Shown here piece after piece: positions 51,150-64,000 of a stretch of DNA of 64,000 bases. A program made the position numbers and the translations under genes. The notes under the pieces are model-generated. The model was not told the origin of the DNA. It made no database searches and worked only from the letters and a program-made list of their open reading frames with translations. Source of the DNA: Vicugna vicugna (lineage: Eukaryota); the NCBI GenBank assembly GCA_013265495.1, contig MU061579.1, forward strand, positions 5,950,963 to 6,014,962, given 5' to 3'. Each line of letters begins with the position of its first letter. Within the stretch, counting starts at the first letter, position 1.

Positions 51150-51270
51150 CCATAGCGAAAAGGAGAGAAAGGAGAGGAGTAAAAAGAGGAGAGAAAGAAG
51201 AAAATGAGGGAAGAATGAGGAGCAGGAGAAAAAAAGCAGAGGAAGAGTAAGAAAAAAGAGAAGAAAACTA
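51150..51270. repeat. GA-rich low-complexity tract
   Basis: Near-pure purine run. Confidence 0.8.
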
Positions 51271-51826
51271 GTGATCACAGATTATAGGGACTCGATTCTA
51301 ATAGTTCATGTCCATTGCGCTTTTTAGGGAAGCTGCAGCTTCAAAAGCTAGTTCTCCCCAGTCCAGGTTTCCCAGCTATTAGGCAGCACTCCTGCATGCA
51401 AGTTGCTTTTATAATATATGTTACAATCACACATACTGAAAAATAAATACACATATTTGCATCACTTAAACAAAAGAGTATAATCAAGTCTCTCAAGTAT
51501 TGTCTTCAGCAAGTATTCTGATAGGAAACCAATTATGCTTGGTCATAATTAACCCAAGACTTTCTAAATTGAAACACTGATTGGGTTATTGGGTTGCAAT
51601 CTTAACACTGATGATGAATGGCCATGATTTTGAGCCTGTTCCTTGATCTCTTTGTGCCTCAGTATACTCATCTGTAAAATGGCAATTATTTAGTAGTATA
51701 TGTATGATAGGATTGTAAGACATAAAAGATTTAGATGTTACACATAGGAAATGCTCATTAATAAGTGCTACTATTATCTATTGCATACAGCCTTTTGTAT
51801 GGTTCATTTTAGAACTTTGAGAAACA

Positions 51827-52276
51827 TATCTTAGTTCAAATTCCCCGAGAAGCAAACTCTGAAACTAGGATATAGAACAAGGAGTTTCTTTGGCAGGTAA
51901 TTCTGAGAAGCACAGATAGAATGTGGAGAATTGAGTCAGGGAGTAAATGGAAGCCAGACTGAATCTGTTAATGAGAGCAATATGGGCATCTGGGATGCAG
52001 TTCAACTGGGGACCTCTCAGTAACACTAGAGTTCCTCAGTCATCCGACCCACGGCATGAGACGGTGGGGTATTCTTCCAACATATCCCATCTGTCATTGC
52101 TTTGAAGACCTTAACTCTCTAGTATTCTCAACCTGCCTTGCACAGGGCCAGGCCCATGGCAGGAGAAAGCCCCAAGGCGGAGAGGTACGGGAACTTGTAA
52201 CAGGAAGACAAAGGTGTGCACAAGATAGATGAGATCCAAGGGGACACGGGCAGATCCCTGAACATGTCAATTACAC
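51827..52276 (-). mobile_element. LTR16/LTR33-type ERVL solo LTR
   Basis: 'tcttagttcaaattccccgagaagcaaactctgaaac...tttctttggcaggtaattc...actggggacctctc'. Confidence 0.65.
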
Positions 52277-52629
52277 ATATGCAATTTGTTTAGAATTCTT
52301 CTTCAGAAAGTATTCTTTCCAAAAATATTTAATAAGCATTTACTCTTCTCAAATCATTAAACTAAGAGGAATTAAAAGATAAATCAGGCAAGGCTCTTTC
52401 ATTCAATGAGCTAACAGCCCAGTTAAAGAGGTGATGGGTAGACAGCACTGCCGTAAGTCTCAGACTTCTTTCTTTTCTTCTTCCTCTCCATAGGAGACTC
52501 CATTCTCCAAACATCAGAAATAATAAATTTTTTTTAAATTGGCCTCACTTATAAAGAGTAGAATGAGGTCTTAGTCTTACTTTCCAAAGAGGCTGGAAAT
52601 TTTCTAGTATTCCTTTGAGGGTAACCATG

Positions 52630-52790
52630 TAGCCTCAGTCACTTCACTTCTACAAGCCTCAATTTTCTTTATCTGTAAAATGGGGATAAGAACACCTAAG
52701 TTACAGGGTGTTTATGAGCATTAATTATGCCTCTAATGTGCTTGGCATTCTGCCTAGCATATAAAAAGGGCTCAACAAATGGCCATTTCT
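52630..52790 (+). mobile_element. MIR SINE
   Basis: 'gcctcaattttctttatctgtaaaatggggataagaacacc'. Confidence 0.8.
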
Positions 52791-54392
52791 TAGCAAGCTG
52801 AGTTTTCCAACACTCATCCCACATTGCCAGGCAGCATTAAGAGTTAGAAGAGGAAGACAAGAGTTTGTGGAGCCAGACACCTGATTTTATTAGAGTAGAG
52901 GAGAGATTATTTATTGAAGAGACAAACTCAGTGTTTGCCTCTTATCTTCTCCACTCTTAGAGTTGTACCACTTATTTGAATTGCTTCAACTTCTCTGATA
53001 CCCACTCATCTCATTTGTAAAAACAGGTTGACAATACCTGCTTAACTAACCACAGGAGGATGGTGTGAGATTAGCTTAAGACAGAAATTGATGAGAACCA
53101 TTTGAAAGGATATAATCTATACAAATGGGAAGGAAAAAATGTTATTCTTAAATGATTTACAGAAAAAAAAAGTCTTCTTTCATTAACTGCCACATTTCAG
53201 TGGAGACAAATCTAGACAAAGGCAACCTCATTTTACCAATGTCATGTGATTTATCATCAGACCAAAGACACACGCTGAGCTAGATAAGCCACTAAATGTA
53301 TCAAAGAGTTTACAACAGCATAAAAAATATAATTTCAGTGTTGAATCTTCCTTCAGTTTCTCCAAAGTTCTCTTACCTTAGAAGTGACCTTCGATTCTGA
53401 ACTGAATCCTCAAATAATTTGATAGGATGTAAGAAAGTTTTCAGGGCTGAAACCAGTGGATCTATTCCCTGGGGGCCATCACCTAACACTCGCAATAATT
53501 ATGGTCCTTGTGTTTGATCCTTAATGACAGTAAACACCCGAGCGTGGAATTCCCAGCGGCCATTACTTGCAATTTCATTCTTAATATTTCTTCAAGACCA
53601 CAACAGTTGCTCCAACAGGAGGGTTAGTCAAGGGGTCATATTTGGTGGGCAGTTATGGAGTATAGGAAGTCTTTTTCTACAGAGAAACTCAAGCTCCCCA
53701 CTTGTTTCTTCTTAGATCTCTCCTCAACTCAACATATACTACCAAAATAAACTATTGATAGTCACTCGGTTGCATCAGTCTGGAGGCTAAGCACGTGGTT
53801 GACTGTGTACATACAAGTGATGTTACTCACCTATAGCCCCTGCAAGGCAGTGTAATGTAAAGTAGACCTTGTACTAGGAGTCAGGAGTGCTGGGCTCTCA
53901 ACTTTCTCACCTGCTATTAATTTGTTAGTGGTTTTTTAACCTGTTAAATAGCAATAAAAATTCCTACTTGGACCACCCTATTGCAAAGACAGCAGAACCA
54001 AAGAAAACCTCTGTACCCCAAGGAAACACCTTCTCTTCTCCTTTCTTCACTGTTTCTGTTACAGCTAACATTTGGTTTGATGTAGAGTCGGCACTTCATA
54101 AGTGTATGTTGACAACGCTTTTAACACTGCACAACAATATACAAAGATGAGATGTAACTAAATCACCTTATGCCTGATCCTTTAATTGCCCTTGCATCTT
54201 CTCTTTCTTTACATTTCTCTATTCTCAATTATCCTCTAAACTCACCTCAATTGCTGTTTCATGAAAAGAACAGATTGACTGCTTCAAAATTACCTGGGAA
54301 CTTTCAAAGCATATAGGTTACAATAAAAGATTCACCTACAGGGGAATGAATAAACAAATTTTCACATCTCCATTCACTGGACAGTGGAGATT

Positions 54393-54424
54393 TGTGTGTG
54401 TGTGTGTGTGCAAGTGTGTGTGTG
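54393..54424. repeat. (TG)n microsatellite
   Basis: tgtgtg run interrupted by caa. Confidence 0.9.
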
Positions 54425-54514
54425 TTACAACAGCTTAGCCAATACTTTAAACAACACAAACACAAAAACCATATTTTCATACATGTATGTGTGTGTATAT
54501 ATATATATATTTTT

Positions 54515-54927
54515 TTTCTCTCAGTGTCCCTTCTTTCACCCCTTTAATAACAGCAGCCCTAGAGATGGCACATTTCCCAGCCGCCTGTGCCATGGATGTT
54601 GTCACATGACTAAGCTGGGGCTAAAAGGATGCAAAGAGAAGTGATACATAAAACTTCCAGTTCATCTCCTTAAAAAGGAAGCAATCTGCCCTGGAATCTC
54701 CTTTTCTCTTTCTCTTTAGCTGAGAAGTCACAATGATGTGCACACCCACCTTATACCCAGATGGAGAGGCAATGCAATGAGAACTGCAGAACCACCCAGG
54801 CAGAGAGCATCTCTGGATGTCGCCCCCTGTACTGAGCCATCTGCTTTCCTGGAAATAAGCATAGATACTGCTTAAGCCACTAAATTTTTATGTTTCTAAA
54901 GAAAATTTTAGCCTATTCCCTAACAAC
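54515..54927 (+). mobile_element. MLT1I/J-like MaLR LTR
   Basis: 'catttcccagccgcctgtgc...gtcacatgactaagctgggg...gagaagtgat...cttaagccactaa'. Confidence 0.65.
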
Positions 54928-56964
54928 ATGGTATCTATAATTTTTTATAAAATAAAAGGGAAAATCATTAAATTAGTAACAACAAGATATGCCACACTTT
55001 CAATAATACAAACAGTAAGCAATATTTAATGCACCTACCCTATGTCTGGCCCCCAGGAAGATAGTGGAGCTGCTGTAGTGATGAAAAGATGAGCATGATT
55101 CTTGCTCTCCTGGAGATTTAACTCTGCACTAAAACTGACATTTTTTTGTTTAAATTCAAAAGAATTAAATAACTCTAAGTTCCATTGCTAGAAACAGGAC
55201 AGCACAAATTATCATGGGAGTGAACAATTAGGGAATACATTTTAATCCTCTTTCACTTTCTTTAAGTTTCTGCCAAATTGTCACTTTATCACAGGTTTGT
55301 AAGTATCAGCTCCCCGTGCCATTCCTTCATTGGGCTTCACTATACTATAAGTCAACAGTTTTATAAAATATCCTTATTTTCTTCCAATAAAGCTATCTCT
55401 TTTACATAAACTAATTTGAGTGAGTTTGTTTTGGGTACCAAATGCTCCCTGAGTAAATGAGGAAGATAAACTTTGCAAATGCATATAAACATTGCATTTG
55501 ATTCAAATAATAACCTTCATTTTTATATAGCATGTATTTCTTTATTCAACATATGAATTTATTTTTATTTTAAAATGAGATTCTGGAGTGCCATTTCAGG
55601 CTTGAGCAACTCCAACAAAAAGAATCCAAAATGGCATTCCAGCACATTTCCTTACAAAAATACAGTTGTTTAGCACATTGTGATTTCTGAAGCTCTTTCG
55701 CATACTCTAAAACAAAACGGAAAATGATACACTGTAGAAAATAGAACTTCCCTAAGTATTTGTACTCAAGAGCATAAACACAGTCACAACTCATACTTTT
55801 TCCAATTAATTGCTCAGGTGCTCACTTGGTGAATCACAGAAGTCCAAAACTTTCCAGCTGTATTACAAAAGCCTAAAATTTCATGCAAAATGAGAATGAT
55901 AGTAATAGTTCCTACCTCCAGTGGTTGTTACTGGGGTTAAATGAGTTAATATTTAAGAATAAAGAACAGTGCCAGGCATACTAAAATTTAGAAAAATTAG
56001 TAAATACTATTAATAAGGATAAAACTAAAGTCAGAACATCAGTAGTTTGTTTTTCTTTCTAACCCAGTTTTCTTTCCATTAGTGTGTGCCTGCCGGAACA
56101 GCTTGATTTGCAGTTAGAAATGGGAAAGTTTTAGACCACAGAGGATTTAACTCTTTTGATGGCTTTAACTCTTCCAACTAATTATATTTTAATTAAAACC
56201 TGATTAGGTTGCTCTGACTGTTTCCTTCTATTGCCCCATCACCTCTTTGACTTTCTGGTGATGTATCTCTTATCTATCATCTTGTGCCCCCTCCTCACTT
56301 GTTCTCTATCACTTAATTTATCTGACCTTCATCAGATTACTTCATGTCTCTGAAACTCAGTTCCCATCTATAAAATGGGGATTAAGAAATCTTCTTCTCG
56401 GATTTTCTGTGACATTCAGTGATGCAACACAGGAAAGTAGATATTAATTAGAGAGTTAGCTTCAATAAACATTTATGGGAGGGGTGAAATTTCAGATATT
56501 ACAGTAGACTAAAAAAGAAGTATAGGAAAAAAATGTGAAAGGCTGAAATTTTTCCAGCTTAAAGAATTGTATTTCTTGTTTATGAAGTATACCTTTAAGA
56601 CATTTATTGTAGACATTTATATTTTTAATATCTGAAAATGTTAATAAAACAATTAAATACATGGTGATTTTGACAATGTATTCTAAATTAGCCAGTTAGC
56701 TATTAACACTTCCCTATACTATAAGTTAGATATTTTATGTATTTCAGTGGAAACTATGAGCAGTTCAGAAGAGATTACCATTAGTAACCAGAGTACAAAC
56801 TTGTTTCACTATTCCAAATATTTTTCCTTAACTTTTTTTCTATAAATATAATCATATAAATTTAAACACTATTTCTTATCAAATATGAATTATTTCCTGA
56901 ATGGAAATAAGTATATAATGTCAAGTTTTCAACTGGTCAACATCAATTTATGTAGAAATTCTAC

Positions 56965-59900
56965 AGTGGAAAAGTGTAATAATTAAAATAAAAAATTTAC
57001 TAGAGGGACTAAACAGTATAGTTGAGCTGTCAGAAGAAAGAATCAGCAGCATTAAAAATAGGATCAGCAAACTTGAAGCTCGAGATGATGCAATTTGAAG
57101 AACAGTGAGTAAACACAACGATGAAAAATGAACAGTGCCTCAAAGAAATGTAGCACACGATAAAGTGCACCATCATAAATATAATGGAATTATCAGAAGG
57201 AGAGGAGAGAAAGGAGAAGAAAAAATTTGTAAAGAAATAATGACTGAATACTTTCCCCAGCTGAATACACTAATATCCAAGAAGCCCAATGAACTATAAG
57301 TAGGATAAACTCTAACAGACCAACATCCAGACATTTCATAGCCAAAATGTTGAAAGCCAAAGAGAAGGTCTTAGAAGCAGTTAAAAAAAAAAAAAAGTTG
57401 TTTCATCAATTATAAGAGACTCCCCCCTTAATAAGATAGACAGCTGATTTTTCTTTAGAACCAATGGATTATAGAAGCCAATGAGAGGACATATTCTAAG
57501 TGCTGAAAGTAAAATCTTGTTAACTAAGAAATATACATATAGCCAAACTATCTTGTAAAAATGAAAGTGAAATAAAATAATTCCTAGGCAAGCCAAAGCT
57601 GAAAGAATATGTTGCTAGCAGACCTGCCTTCCAAGAAATACTAAAGGGAATTCTCCCAACTGAAAGCAAATAGCACCAGGCAGAAATTAAAATCCACATT
57701 TTAAAAAGTGTGCCTATAAAGGTAATTATGCAGGTAATTATAAAAGATACTATAATTACCTGTTTTCCTATCCTTCTCTTAATTGTTTTTAAAACTAATT
57801 GCATAAAACTATATAAATGTAATTGTGTAGACTTAAAATACAAAAATGAAATGTATTTGACTAAATGCAGAGAGAGGTGGGCAGAAACAAGCCTGTAAAG
57901 AATAAGAAAATGAAATGAGACAGTAATAATAATCCACAGGAGGGAATGAAGATAATAACCAGAAATGGTAAATAAAAATGTCAATTTAATAAATTCTGTA
58001 AGTACATGCTTGTTCTCCTTTCTTCTCTTAGTTTCTTTATAAGACATAGGATTATATTAAGCAATAATAACAATTTTTTGTTGGGCTTTAAAGGTTACAC
58101 ACTCTGCATAACAACAATGGCACCAAAAAAGAGGGAAAGGAAATAGAGGTAGATGAGAGAGAGTTTCTGTCAATAAAATAATTTTAAATCTGAAATAGAT
58201 TTCGATAAATTGATATGTATATTTTAAGCCCTAGAACAGCCACAAAAATGGTTCAAAAATATAATAAAATTTATTAGAAAAATTAAAATACTATTTTAGA
58301 AAACATCCACCAAAGAATAAAGAACACAGCTACAGGAGTGCCAAAACAAAAATGATAGGAGATACACAGAATATAAAAAAATGGCAAATGTAAATCCAAC
58401 CGTATCAATAATAACATTAAAAATGAATGAGTTAAACAATCCAATCAAAAGCCATAGATGATCAGGTCTGATAAATAAACAATCTCCACCCATATGCTGT
58501 TAACAGGAGACTCACTTTAGAGTCAAAGAAATAAAAAGTCTGAAAGTAGAAGGATAGGAGAACATACAACAGGCAAATAGCAACCATGCCAGAACAGGGA
58601 TGGCTATACAGAAAACTAGGCTTTAAGACAAAAATGCTGTGAAGAGAAAAAGAGTGGCATTCCATAATGAACAGAGGGTCCATTCGTCAGGAATATACAA
58701 TAATCATAAACATGTATGCATTTAAATGGGCACCAGAGCACCGAAATACATGAAGCAAAAACTGACAGAATTGAAGGAAGAATAATTCAAAATAGTTAAA
58801 GATTTCAACACTCCACTTGCAATAGATAAAGAAGTTATGCAGAAGATTAACAAGAAAATAGAAGACCTGTATAATATTGCAAACTACCTATACATAGCCA
58901 ATATCTATACAATACTTCACCCAAAAACAGCAAAATGAAGTTTCTTCTCCACTGTCCATGGAACAGTCTCAGGATAGACAATACTTTAGGACATAAAATA
59001 AGCCTCAATAATGAAGCTTATTGTATTGAAATCATGCAATGTATGTTCTCCAACCACAACTGCATTAAATTATAAATCAATACCAAAAGGAAGTTTTGAA
59101 ATGCACAAATATTTGGAAATTAAGCAACACACTACCCCTAAATAATAGATCAAAGAAGAAATCACAAGTGAAATTAGGAAATACCTTGAGATGAATGAAA
59201 ATGAAAACACAACATATAAAGTTTTATGGACTGTAACTACACAGGGAGATATTTGTAGCTGCAAATGCCTACATTAAAAAAGAAGAATGAATTCAATTCA
59301 CTAACCTGACCTTCTACCTTAAGAAACTAGGAAAAGAAGAGTAAGTTAAATCCAAAGAAAGTAGAAGAAAGGAAATAAAGATTAGAGGGGAAATACATAA
59401 AATAAAGGAGTGAAAATAAATAGAAAAAAGTCAAAGACAAAGTTAGTTCTTCGAAAAATCAACAGAATGACAAACATTTAACTGCACTGGCCGTAAAAAA
59501 AGAGAGAGATGACTCAAATTATTAAAATCAAGAATAATATAGGTAACATAACTACTGAACTTAAAGGAATAAAAAGGGAATACTATAAAAAAAAGTATGC
59601 CAATAAATTAGATAACCTAGATAAAATGAAAAAACTCTTGTAAATACTCAAACTACCAAAACTGAGTGAAGAAGAAACAGAAAAAGAATAGACTATAACA
59701 AGGAAAGATTGATTAGTAATTAAAAACTTGCCACACATTGTTAAGATGACAATACTCTACAAATTAATTTACAGACTCAACACAATCCCTATCAAATTAG
59801 CAATTACCTTTTTCCCAGAAACTGACAAGGTGATACTAAAATTCATATAGAGATGTAGAAAACCTATAATAGCAAAAAAACAAAGAAAACCTTGAAAAAG

Positions 59901-61490
59901 AAAAATCAAGTTGAAGAACTAACACTTCATAATTTTAAAACTGGCCTCACAACTACAGTGATTAATACAGCACGGTACTTATATAAGAATTAAAACATAG
60001 ATCAATAGAATAGAGCTGAGAGTCTAGAAATAAACCCATACATTAATGGCGCCAAGACAATTCAATGGGAAAAGATGTGTTTTCAACAAATGTTGCCGAG
60101 AGAAGTGTATATCCACATGAAATAAAGTTGACTTCTATCTGACACAATAAAAAACACTAAACTATTAACTCCAAATGAATCATAAAACTAATGGTAAGAG
60201 CTAAAACTAGTGAACTCTTAGATAAAAACACACTAATGATTTTTCATGATGCTGGATTAGGCCATGGTGTCTTATATATGACATCAAATCACAAGAAATA
60301 AAAAATAAGTAAATCTGACTGCATCAAAACTAAAAAATATTGTGCTGCAAATGATACCATCAGTAAAGTGAAAAGACAACCTACAGAACGAGAGAAAACA
60401 TTTATAAATCATGTATGTATTAAAGGACTTGTATGCAAACTGTACAAAGAACTATAATGAATTAAAAATAAAAAGACAACCCAAATAGAAAATGAGCAAA
60501 ATGTCTGAATAAAGATTTCTCCGAAGAAGATATGCAAGTGACCAATAAACAAATTAAGGAAATGCAGATCAAAACTGCAGTGACAGCTGGCAGCTGGCAG
60601 TACACAGTGCAGCCTCAGAGACCACGTGGTCCACTTCCCTTGATTGTCAATGAGGAAACAGACTAACTTGGCCAGAGTGACTGGGTGTGCTTCAGATGCT
60701 CATATTTTCTGCCGCAGCCTCCCTCCTATGCAATCCCAACTGGAAGTTTAGGAATGAGGAGATTCAGATAAACTTAAAAAAAAAAAAAAACACAATGAGA
60801 TACCATTTCACACCCACTAGAGTGGCCATAAGCAAAAAGACACACAATAACAAGTGTTGGTGAGTATGTGAATAACTGGAACCTTTATACATTTCTTATG
60901 GGAATGCAAAATTGTGCAGACACTTTGGAAAACAGTTTGGCAGTTCCTATAAAGCCCAAACATAGAGTTATTATATGATCCAACAATTCTAATTTTAGGT
61001 ACATACACAAGAGAAATAAAAACACTTTCATGCAAAAACCTGTACACAAATGTTCAAAACAGCATTATTTTCAACACCAAAAAGTCAAATGTCCATGAAC
61101 TGATGAATGGGTAAAAAAATATCACCTGCAATAAAAGGAATGATGTATTTATATATGCTACAATGTTGATGAAACTTGGAAACACTCTGCTAAATGAAGC
61201 AAGCCAGTCACATACTGTATGTTTGCAATCATATTAAATGTCCATAACAGGAATATCTGTAGGGACAGGTGGTGGATTAGTGCTTGCTTATGACCGGGGA
61301 GGAAGGGAGAGAAGGAGAGTCACAATAGAGAGTGATAGCTGACGAGTATGAGATCTCTTCTTCGAGTGATGAAAATGTTTTAAACTTAGATTGTGTTGAT
61401 GATCGCACAATTCTGAATATACTAAAATCCAGTAAATTGTACACTTTGGTGATTTTTATAGCATGTACATTTTATCTCAATAAAGATGTT
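56965..61490 (+). mobile_element. Old L1 (L1MB-like): ORF1 remnant, ORF2 endonuclease region, RT core deleted, ORF2 C-terminus and 3'UTR
   Basis: ORF1 motifs 'gctagcagacctgccttccaagaaatactaaaggga'; endonuclease motifs 'gatttcaacactccact' and 'caaccacaac'; C-terminal 'cactttggaaaacagtttggcagt'; end 'tatctcaataaag'. Confidence 0.92.
60584..60790 (+). other. Poly(A)-tailed non-L1 insert (retrocopy-like) inside the L1
   Basis: 15 nt A run at 60776-60790; flanked by a degenerate duplication of the L1 target 'aaaac(c)acaatga'. Confidence 0.65.
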
Positions 61491-62809
61491 CTAAACGTGT
61501 AATAAAGTGTAATATGAGGAGAAATAAAGCCTTAGGGTAAACAAGCCTTTTTATTTTCATAAGTGAACTCTTCTTACACAAATGATAAAAAATCAGAAAC
61601 AAAAACATACGTATTTTTGGCAAAGACAATAATTTATAGGTCTGACTCCCTGAAAGGAATGTTGGTGTGCTAGCCAAAGTGAAGTCCATTTTTGTAAAAA
61701 TCTCTATAGATTCTTTCAGGCTAACAGCAACTTTGAGAGGTCAATCTCATGAAAGGGGAAATATTCTGAAGAGATTGGATTTTAGAGCATAAGACTGAAT
61801 CCAGAGAGTCCTAAACCTTTTTGAAGCATTTGAATCTGTGGAGACTTACCCCAAAGCATGGCAGCCTTCTCATTACATTATGTGCAGGTATTAGAAACGG
61901 TATATTTTTATAACCAAAAAAAAAAAAAAGCCTTGCAAAATTCAAGGTGATTTTTTTTCTTTCACCATGTGATGAAACACCTTAGCTGCAGGTTATAATT
62001 ATTTCTATGATGTTTCAATGCCTAATTATCTGTATAGTATACTATTAGTACACATAGTTAGAAATAGCCTTGTTAAAGCAGTATTTTTTAGGGAGCTTTC
62101 AAATCTGTATATCTATCTACATACATGCATTACTTTGAGGAGAGACCATAGTTCAGCAGAAGAGGACACTCCAACAGTTAAGAACTGCTGCTTTATAATA
62201 TCAGTGTAATCCTACATTTTTCCTGCAATTTTCAACTTGAACCCATCACAAGTCACTTGAAAATTCTGACTCCTATTTTCCTCAGTCAAAACAAAACAAA
62301 ATACCCAGAGATTTGAATTATATAAAATTAAGAACGAACCTCCAACAGTTTGTGTTCTTAATTTTTCTCTTATCTAGACAGCAAACCACTCCTTTTCACT
62401 GAAGGGAAGGAGAAGGAAGGTATAAAGGTGGCTGTGCGTTAAGCAATGAAGGGCAAAGAGGACAGCAGCCGAGGGACTGGGAACTAAGAGTGAGGAGAAT
62501 GATGGAATCCATACGAGGAATTTGGAGTTGAGATAAAAGTAAAGCATTCCCTATATACTAGAGTGTCCTAGGAAGTATTTGCCCTATTCTGCATGAATAT
62601 ATAATGAATTGCTCCAGACGGCTGGATAACTTGGAAACATTTTGGCAGATTTCACATCAGCTATTAACATCACTGTCTATGAAGTGGGAATTAGGTGGAA
62701 CAGGGTGAGAATGGGGTAATATTTTTCCAAATGTGTATATTTTTGTTTGTTTTAATTTTTTACAACAAGCTTTATTGACTTTTAATTCATCTCCTCTCTC
62801 AAGTGTTCC

Positions 62810-62930
62810 CAGATTCTTCTACCACAGGCAGAATCACCCACTTTCTTCTCCGTGATTTTCTCAATGGCAGGGACCATGACCAGGAAGCACTGAACACATG
62901 TCAGTCTTAATACACGTTTGTTGAATGGCC
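62810..62930 (+). mobile_element. L2 3' end
   Basis: 'ggcagggaccatg...cttaatacacgtttgttgaatg'. Confidence 0.55.
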
Positions 62931-63003
62931 ATTTAGATTGAATACCATTATTTCACAGATGGAATAGATGAAGAACAAGAAATTAAATGGTTGATACCAG
63001 ATG

Positions 63004-63188
63004 AGTTGCTCAAACTGTGGTCCCTGGACCAGCATCATCAGCATATCCTGAGAACTTATTTGATAGGCAATTCTTGAGCCTTATCCCCAGTCCTAGAGAT
63101 TCAGAAACTCTGGAGGTGGGCCCCAGAGATCCATGTAGTAACAAGCCCTTCTGGTGATTCTGATGCACACTCAATGTGAGAGCCACTG
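63004..63188. mobile_element. MER5A hAT fossil inserted in a MIR
   Basis: 'ctcaaactgtggtccctggaccagcatcatcagcat...cagaaactctggaggtgggcccc...ggtgattctgatgcacac...gagccactg'. Confidence 0.9.
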
Positions 63189-64000
63189 CTCAAAGGTAAC
63201 ATGGCTAGTATGAAACAGGAAAAATAGAGCCTTAAATGATCTAAATAAGCTTATATTGAATTATCATATATATAAAAAATACATTCAGTGCTAGATTGAA
63301 TCTTTCTAACTTATTTTTCACTGCGGAACAAAAGATATCCTCTTTCATATTTGTCTTGTTTAATGTTACCTCTCTAGATACATAAACTCTTTCTTTGTTA
63401 TAATGCTAAAATATAAAATGAAATGGCCAACTTGGAAATCCTGAGTTTGCTTGTTGACAAATAAGACATCTCATTTCCATAAGCAAATCACTTTAAACTA
63501 TACATTTATAATCTGACTGAATCCAATTACATTTAATTATATTCATTCCATGGAAACTATTATTTTATTTTCTGTGCTTTAAGTATTGGGGGCTACAACT
63601 GAAACTTCTGAATAATGGGGAGAGAGACCTTTTCTATAATGATGATGCCAACTGTAGAGAAACTGTTGAGTCATAGTTTTTGTGGAGTCCTATCAAACAC
63701 AGTTGCGTCAATATTTGCACCATGAAATGCTCACTTATATGGTTTTAAAAGTTTTCCTCAAGGGAGAAGTCACTCTATTAAGGAAAACAATGTAAAGAAG
63801 TATGAGTAGGAAAGAAGTCATGGGTGACAGTGAGATATGGGGAAAGTATATGAGAAATCATATCACCGTGGTTGCTCTGACCATAATCAGTTTTAAGAGA
63901 AGCATCTGAGTCCCCATCAGCTATCTCCCTGAAACAAAGGAAACTTCATGCTCAGACATTCAGCTTTAGAATATAATAGTATATGACTGGGTCTCAGCCA

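Noticed and set aside
53843..53870. 'aggcagtgtaatgt' miR-34b/c-like start
   Set aside because: Fits the 5' end of a decayed MIR; no hairpin
57520..58047. Longest ORF (175 aa, minus strand, hydrophobic)
   Set aside because: Antisense of A-rich L1 sequence; the hydrophobicity is a T-rich codon artefact
1..64000. CRISPR arrays, operons, rRNA/tRNA genes, mitochondrial insertions
   Set aside because: None seen; the sequence is repeat-rich mammalian nuclear DNA

Overview
AT-rich mammalian non-coding DNA (intergenic or intronic). The diagnostic L1 3' ends and the apparent absence of Bov-A/BovB, PRE-1 and Alu SINEs point to a cetartiodactyl, most likely a camelid; this is an inference. I can support no protein-coding gene, tRNA/rRNA gene or CRISPR array. 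The only ORFs I recognise are fossil transposon pieces: the L1 ORF2 C-terminus and a Tigger transposase N-terminus. Much of the window is interspersed repeat: five fragments of a lineage-specific L1, two long old L1s (about 13.2-15.1 kb and 57.0-61.5 kb), several L1MC/ME-type 3' ends, ERV1/ERVL/MaLR solo LTRs, DNA transposons (MER5A, Charlie, MER44/Tigger7) and many MIR and L2 remnants. Repeat-poor blocks at about 16.5-22.4 kb, 31.8-33.1 kb, 34-36.7 kb and 53.2-53.8 kb carry motif clusters (CTCF, RFX X-box, Oct/CRE/E-box, ATCAAT array) and several + strand exon-like segments. The most notable observations are: a poly(A)-tailed, TSD-flanked non-L1 insert inside the old L1; three young L1 copies 5'-truncated at nearly the same point; a ~115 bp direct repeat 1.1 kb apart flanking an exon-like segment; a recent 162 bp tandem duplication; and a speculative spliced small ORF with a signal-peptide-like start. 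Repeat family names come from remembered consensus sequences and boundaries are approximate.
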